A stretch of 55,176 nt of DNA, the filler included, from Streblomastix strix (taxonomy: Eukaryota), in the NCBI GenBank assembly GCA_008636045.1. It is 3 parts of 3 records of this genome, joined end to end, with 100 filler letters (N's around TTAATTAATTAA, not from the genome) between each part and the next. Parts side by side here need not be neighbours in the genome. Positions count along the whole stretch, not along the records: positions 36,861 to 55,176 come from SNRW01000618.1; 2 more parts are not named here. The stretch is one strand, 5' to 3'. The notes under the pieces were generated by a model, which was given only the letters and a program-made list of their open reading frames with translations, ran no database searches and had not been told where the DNA came from. Both the position numbers and the translations under genes were made by a program. This document shows positions 47,875 to 55,176 of the stretch, piece by piece; position 1 is the stretch's first letter, and every line of letters starts with the position of its first letter.

Positions 47875-49630
47875 TCATTCGTTTTCATCTTCGGCAAAAA
47901 CAGTTCGGATAGTTTTCTTTGGTTCTTCATCCATCCGAGCTCTTTTCCTTGACCTTCCTTCCTCACTATCATCTCTATGATCGCGATTACCTCTGCCACC
48001 TCTTCCCCTTCCCCTACCACGCCCACGACCCCTGCCCCTCCCTCGGCTATTTGATCTTCCTTTTCCTTTATCACCAGAATCCAAAGATTCCAATTTCTTT
48101 TCACTCACAACCTTCCAATGAGCTTTTTCTTCTTCACCTTAATATAAATAATAGAAATTATTAAATTAATTTAAAAAAATAAAATATTTATATATTATTT
48201 TCATTGTTAGTAATAGATAATTATAATATACCACTAATAGCCTCTACTATAGGAAGAATTCCTTCAAATAAGTTTTCAGCACTTTTCTCCTTATCAGAAA
48301 TAGATGTCAAAGCTCTATCACATCCTTCTTTAGTTTTATATCTCACAATACTTAATAAGATACATTAATATAAGTAAATGAATCAATATATAAACTATAT
48401 ATTATAATACCCACTCTATTTCTCTGTTTCATTGTCAAAATCAACTCTGGCTGTTTCTCCAAAATGAGCAAAATAATCTCTGAGCTGAAGAACCAAAGGT
48501 CTTCCACGATTGTTTGGATCTTAATTTGGAAGACCACTGAAGCGCAACAGACAACCATGAGGATAATCTTAATGAATATAATAGGAATAATAAATATGAA
48601 TTAATGAATATATATAAATATAAATAATACTGGTTACAAGATCTTCAAATTCTTTTCTCCTCTTATTATCTTCTTCTTCCTTCACTTTTGATTCAACTTT
48701 ATCTTATTCATCTTCTTCCTCTATTTCATCTCTCTTTCTTTTTTTAGGTTTTCCTCTTTTCTTACTTTCTTCTTCATCATATTAATCTCTATTTAATAAT
48801 AAATAATGAATAATAAATTATGATATTATTATTAATATCATACACAGTCAATATAATGAGTTGAACTCCTTTCAATTCTTCTCCTTCTTTTGCTTTATTC
48901 AAAGTATATTTAGGCTTTTCTGGTGCAGAGATGATTTTATCTGCACTTTCTTTGTTTTTGAAAACAATAAATGCGCTCCCCTTAATATATAACATATATA
49001 TATGTACAATCCAAGAAGTAAAATAATTAATTCAAACTGTAAAAGCCTTAGAATGAATATCTCTTCTCATTCTAACTGCACCAACTTCACCAAATTAATT
49101 GAAGAATGTTTCTACTTCTTCCATTGTGGCTTCTTTCGGTATTTATTTCTATTCATTATAGATATGATATAAAGAATAATATAAAGAATAATGATATATT
49201 ATTATTCAGTGTCATACAACAAATATTGTTCTTGTATCAACTTCATTCTCATCTGGTGCAGTGTCTATACGCTTAATTTTCTTGCCATCTTCAGAAACAG
49301 TCAATAATTCTGAAGTATTAAGAGCATTCACTACAACTGATGCATCTTTGGTCAATGTTGCTAACTTCTTAAATGTGAGAAGGACACTTATATCAACCCC
49401 TTTATTTAATAAAAAAATGATAGAAGTTAATTCAATAACAAAAACATACATCCTTCTTATGTCTTCTTTATTTCATTTTTCAAGAACTTATCTCGGGGCA
49501 AATTATCATTGGAAAAGTAGAATTCTAATTTTGAAATAGGTTGAAAAAATTAGAAATAAAAATGACATGTCGAACCGATTTGTTTTTTGATTGCTGCCAA
49601 TGTTTCTTCACTTGTAATTTGAGAAGTCAT
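47875..49630 (-). CDS. La autoantigen-like RNA-binding protein (La motif, RRM, second RRM-like region, RG repeats)
   Basis: IKKQIEFYFSNDNLPRDKFL, VDISVLLTFKKL...LLTVSEDGKKIKR, RNP1 FTGSAFIVF and C-terminal RGRGRGRGRGRGRGGRG; many short introns. Confidence 0.92.
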
Positions 49631-50928
49631 AGCTTAAAAATATGTAAAAATAAATATATTAAAATGCTAAAAATTATTTTTCATTGAGTAATGCACCATT
49701 TATCAATTTAGATATTTAAACGGTGTCAAATTGTTAGTTTTGATATTTGAATAATATAAATTTCATCTTAAAAGCAGTATATAAACTTTTTTATTAAAAT
49801 AATTATTGCAAAAAATGATTCAAGTGTTTGATGTTGGTGTAGTGGTGGATTTTTTAATTTTATTTGTTTGTGAGGTCAAAATTGAATTAATTACAATTTA
49901 TAGCTCTTAAAATTGCATGAAAAGCCATATTTTAATTAATAATAAGTTCATATAATAAAAATATAACCAAGTATTGCAATATTTACGTAATGTTAATTTC
50001 TTTTAATTTTTACTTTCTTTGTCAAAAGCTTTTTAATCTTGTTATTAATGTTCAATATTTACATATATAAATTATTTAAGACCAGTGAAATACATTCAAT
50101 AAAAAATAACAATGGCTGTCAACAGATACATTTTCTATTCAATGTTAATTCTTCAATCGTTCTCCAAATGGATGAGTAGCCAAACTGTGCAAGAATAAAT
50201 AGGAAGAAATGAAAGTAGATCAAATCTATATTCTAATAAACGAGTAAAACAACTATGTTAATCTCATTAAAAAGCATAAGAATCGCTTTTTAATGTATTC
50301 TAAATTTAATATTCTTTAGACATTGATTAAATGATGGAAATAATACTAAATATAATATCCACGATTTGTTTCGAGAATAGAAACAATGAATACGAACTCT
50401 GGAGATGTTTTGCCACCTGAAAAAAATCAGGGTATGGGTCCGGCTATAAACTTTTTGGCTCGTTTTCCTCCCTGCGCATCTGTTATTTGCATTGTTATTA
50501 TACCTATATTTTATATATATTGATATTATCAATTAATTTTAATGAGAACATATCAAAAATACTCAAAGAATACAGATGAAAAACACATATTTCTCTTTAA
50601 TTCTCATAATCATTTTTTCGCCTAACCATCTATTAATTCAAATAAATAATTATAATTTTATGAATTATTATGATAATTATTCATCCTTTGCAACACAATT
50701 CAAATTCATTATAAAGTAATTCCAGCGATTTACTTTGAATCCATCAAATATTAATAGCTATGGCTTGAATCAACACTTTTAAATATTTCTATAAAAAATA
50801 TGCATAAAATATATTTACATAATTCTTATAATTATATTTTTTCAACAATTTAATAAAGTCTAAAGTTTTATTTATTCATATTTTTTTTATCATGATATTT
50901 TTCTATTTTTTAGATCAAAACAAATCAC

Positions 50929-51488
50929 ATGGATTTTCAAGATGGATAGTTTGAAACAATTTAATATTTTATATTATTATTTTATAATTATTATTTTTGA
51001 AATAATTTAGATATGGAGAGAACAGATCGAGTTCATTTTGGCACACAAATCTCTGTGCTTGCAAATCGAATTGTGAAAAAGTTGAATGTATAAAAATTCC
51101 CTATTAAAATTTTTAAATTACATTTTTTGTTTTAATAAATTGTCAGGGAGTGGAATCTGCTGTCCATGGGTTTAAACGATGAGAAATATGACTCGAGTAT
51201 TTCCAAAAGAGTACAGCCCTGGTATAGGATTAGGCTGCCAAAGCCTATGTTGCTTCAACTGCTTTGAATATTCTGTAAGAAAACAGTTGTCTTTTGCTAA
51301 TGGACTTGAATTCAGCAAGGGAAGTGCCTGCTGCATTTCATGTTTCTGCCACCCTTGTGTAGCTTGGTAAGGTGTATAATATTATTTTTATTAATATTTA
51401 TTATTTATATTATTGACTGTCAGATGCATATGAAATTAATGTACGAGAAGAGTTGAAAAAAACAACAACGTTTATGGAAAGTGTATGA
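50929..51488 (+). CDS. PLAC8-family Cys-rich protein, multi-exon; start uncertain
   Basis: WHTNLCAC...GICCPWVQ...CCFNC...VRKQL...CCISCFCHPCVAWQDAYEI; the conserved Q is encoded by TAA; TGA at 51486-51488. Confidence 0.82.
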
Positions 51489-51735
51489 TCCTAGAGCAAA
51501 AAACATTCATTGAATATGATTGATAAACAAGATCCACTTCATTATAAATTTTAACACATCACATACAAGTAATCAAAGGTTATATTTCTACTTATTGTTG
51601 ATCTATTATTTTAGTGTATTTGTGAAGGATAAATAAAATATATTAAAAATAGGCTATTCATTTAAAAATATTTGAAATTTAACACAGATATGAGAAAATA
51701 ATAAAGTTAATGATATCATATACAAAACAATTATA

Positions 51736-52710
51736 TCAATTACAAAGTACGATAAGTCCAAAATAACTTCCAATTAGCCTCATTTTCATGTCATATCTCG
51801 CATTTATATCTCCATCTGTTTTAGCAGCTGTCTAACTACCCCTAGCATCAATTCTTGATCTATTCTTAATCATACTATCAAATATTGGTGATATGTGAAA
51901 TGGGGACTGTTATATTCCTTTTATAATCTCAGTGAATGAATAGTCCTCAATCATCTGCATGTATCTGGCACTGCTCTATCCACCTCCTGGCTAACTACTG
52001 TCATCATTACTCGATGTTTACAAGAATCTAAGAGCTTATTCTAATTCAGATTCACTTGATTATTGACTTTATTCTGGTGGAGATGAATCTGAGCTCTTTA
52101 ATAGGGATTATTATTTAGGAGGTGATAATAATGGAGATGAAGATTATTAACTCATTGGAGATGAAGAACCCATTGGAGATGTTGATCTTCCTAACCCTGA
52201 TCCTCCTTTAGATGAACGAGGTAATTAATTTGAATGAGATGGAGAAGATCCAGGTTGAATAAGAGATAATGAAGATGATCTCAAATGATCGAGATTGTGT
52301 TTGAATCTTGGTGAGAGAGATGCTTATAGAATAATCATATTGGATCCACTGAATGGGAAATATTCTCCTGATGCAAATAACTTCCCAAATTCTAAATTAT
52401 CATATTTAGTTAATATATGCATAATAAGTAATATATATATAAATATATAAATATATATATAACACACCAGTAGCAATGACAGTAGACTTCCAAGCAAGAG
52501 CAGCATCCTCAAATCTCTCTCCACCAGCTATTATCTATCTACTTACTGGACATGGATGCCATAGAATTGGAGACAATGGGAGACTGGAATTTGATTTCTT
52601 CACTAAAGTTGATGATGAAGAAGAAAGAAGAGTGTTTATTGGCTCTTCAACTTCTGATGACTCTCTTTTAATTCCTGTTTATGTTTAGTCATTGAAACCC
52701 CTTTAAAGTG

Positions 52711-52795
<85 letters not shown>

Positions 52796-54771
52796 TAATA
52801 ATAATAAATAGTCTTTAATAATAAAAGTTATTTATCAAGCATACCAAAGAAATAGATTCCCACGAACTATAATTAATAATATATAGAATGAATATTAAAA
52901 AGATATTAGTATTTATATTTATATATTTATAAAAGAATAAAATCTTATAATTAAACCAGTAACAGCTGCGCAATGATCTCCTCCTGCCATAATCTTAAAT
53001 ACAGGTTCTTTATAATCTACTAAGCTTCCTGAAGATCCTCTATTCTTATTACCTGAGCAAAAGAATTCAGGGTTAATTAGTGTGGGAGTACAAAGATACT
53101 CAGTTCTCTTTCCTTTAAGTCCCAATCCAAGTTATCCAGACTCTGGTATTGATGTTGATAATATTGATTGATATATATAGTAATATTCAATTAATGCATA
53201 AACATACCATTATCTCCACATGCATATACATGTCCAGTTTCAGTTAGGAACAATGAATGTAACCATCCTCCTGCAAAGTAGATTACTTTTCCTTCATCTC
53301 CATTCTCTTTAAGTGAAATACCAAATTTATACTTATATTTATATTGAATTTAATCACTTGAACCTTCAATTGGTTCGCGTAATGTTATTTCAATTGGTTA
53401 ATCAATCTTCCCATATTTCTTATCAATACCAAGTTATCCTCCTCCATTATCTCCAAAGACAAATACAGCTCCATTCACTTAAGATTATTAATAATTTATT
53501 ATAAAATATAATAAATTAATTATTGATTATACAAATTAAGATATTATGTTCATACTCAATATAACAGCTGTATGATAATATGCAGTACTGTATGTGCGTA
53601 TTGGAGAAGGACCATATGAGCTCTACACAAGACCATCATCAGAAGAGAACATTGGTATCTATTTATATTATTTTATTAGTATATTTATTATCATATGAAA
53701 TAAAACACTTAATTATTGTATAACATTAGTTTGCAGACCTTTTTCCATGGCTATTTCACTTTAGTATGAAGACCAGTTTTAGAAGCGCCTAGAATAAACA
53801 TTACCAATGTTTATAAACATATAAATATATTTTCAACCAAAGAAGCTATCATACATTATCCATAATTATTTGTGCCCCATGTGTACAAATGTCCTTTGAC
53901 CGAAAGGGCAATGAAATGACCCTCACCGGCCTTTATATTCTTAAATTTAACTTCTTTCTTCTTTCCTTTTTCTTCGTCAAATATCTTCACCTCACTAAGA
54001 TCGCATTCTGTTTCACTAGGAGCGGACATCCACAGACTACAATCATCACGAACCACTGCTACTACCTTACCTTCTTTTTATCCTGTATGGATATTGAAAA
54101 GAAGAGTATAATAATAACATGTTATAATAAAATTAATTAATACCGTTTTCATCGTATGACATGCAGATCGCCACAGCTAAAATTTTATGTTATTACTATG
54201 AAGAGAGAAAATGAACCCAAAATTTGGCTTGTGGCATGAATATTATTCCTTCAGCGTATGCTAAATATATAATAAATAAATAAAAAATAATTCTGAAAGG
54301 GGAAATACAAACAATCTGGTTGCATTGTTGTTTTTGACTATTTGCGAAGGCGTTTCTTCGGTAATTGTCCTATAAGAATAAAAATATTATTTATATTTAT
54401 CGTCAAGATTATATTTATAATACATGCCTCGATAAGATTTACTTGGTGCACAGGGACGTGGAATTGATTATAAAAAATCAATTTCTGACCAATCCGTACT
54501 AGAACTAAAATATTAAATTTTTAATAATTAAAATTATATAAAAATGTAGTTACATTCAAACTATATAACTACACTACTGGCTAGTTGGTCAGCAGCGAAA
54601 GAATTAATCCAATAATTTAATATCAAAATTACTTAATCATATTAGCATATATTTCTTAAAAATATTGTGTGGATGTTAATCCAATCACATAAAAAGCACC
54701 AGATCAACTTAACTACGAGAAATACACTCGAAAAAAAAATAAAAAAAAATATCGTAACAATATTTATCCAT
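51736..54771 (-). CDS. RCC1-repeat (beta-propeller) protein, highly intronated; termini approximate
   Basis: IKAGEGHFIALSVKGHLYTWGTNNYG, AGGWLHSLFLTETGHVYACGDN...GQLGLG and IMAGGDHCAAVT...GNLFLWGFNDQTQTG; Ser/Pro-rich C-terminal region. Confidence 0.85.
52711..52806 (+). repeat. (AAT)n microsatellite inside an intron of the RCC1 gene
   Basis: Lies between a GT donor (~52843) and an AG acceptor (~52701) on the minus strand; the flanking exons join as GNLFLW|GFND. Confidence 0.85.
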
Positions 54772-54895
54772 AACACAATTATATATTCAAAACATTATTC
54801 TTATTTTTATTAAAAAAAATTATAAATATAAAAAATTTAATAAAATTTATAATTGTTGCATTAGTCGAATATTTTTGTAAAAAATCCCATAAACA

Positions 54896-55176
54896 ATGAA
54901 ACGTGCAGACACACCACATCCAGGCCGATAGAAGGACGAACAGATACGTAAGAACATTAAATTCTTTCTTCTAAGTTCAGAAATGAGATCAGTAACTGAT
55001 ACCTACTCCCGCATCATCGAAACATTGTACGAATTCCCTGGAAGAGTACGAATTATTTCTGAGGTTCTTGGAGTCTCTACATAACAAGTTTATTCTGCAG
55101 CTCGTGCACATTGCTTTGGACTCAAATGGATCACAAAGGGCTAGGTTGGACATGCGTTGCTTCTTTCAGAATCTGG
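54896..55176 (+). CDS. 3'-partial ORF with an HTH-like segment, possibly a pogo-type transposase N-terminus
   Basis: MKRADTPHPGRQKDEQIRKNI...VRIISEVLGVSTQQVYSAARAH...GQVGHALLLSES; open to the window end; no catalytic domain visible. Confidence 0.4.

Noticed and set aside
50050..50780. Possible small minus-strand multi-exon gene between La and PLAC8
   Set aside because: Some splice-like sites are present, but no consistent reading frame or motif could be assembled

Overview
AT-rich, intron-containing eukaryotic nuclear DNA that reads TAA/TAG as Gln and uses TGA as the only stop (translation table 6-like). The supplied standard-code ORF track therefore fragments almost every gene. The code, the short GT-AG introns, the cilium-associated genes (Rab28, FAM221) and the gene-family content fit a flagellated protist such as the oxymonad Streblomastix; this assignment is inference only. 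Two 100-nt artificial linkers (N44-TTAATTAATTAA-N44 at 18340-18439 and 36761-36860) split the window into three pieces whose adjacency is unproven. Host genes: a giant dDENN/IQ-motif low-complexity protein, a UBL-UBA protein, an RWD protein, Skp1, a Rab2-like GTPase, an FLVCR-like MFS transporter, Rab28, a very divergent NAT10/Kre33 homolog, an RRM protein, FAM221, La, PLAC8 and an RCC1-repeat protein. The main points of interest are five. (1) A decayed endogenous Polinton/Maverick-like DNA virus at ~36.9-45.2 kb with an SF3/D5-like primase-helicase, a putative double-jelly-roll major capsid protein and KilA-N, written in the host's reassigned code, plus a second helicase relic at ~18 kb. (2) A NAT10-like protein whose Walker A and B motifs are destroyed while its GNAT acetyl-CoA motif is retained. 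(3) A Rab2 with a natural Q-to-L switch-II substitution. (4) A TIR-bounded MITE with subterminal repeats. (5) An inversion inside the viral helicase. All protein assignments come from manual translation and motif recognition; no database searches were run.
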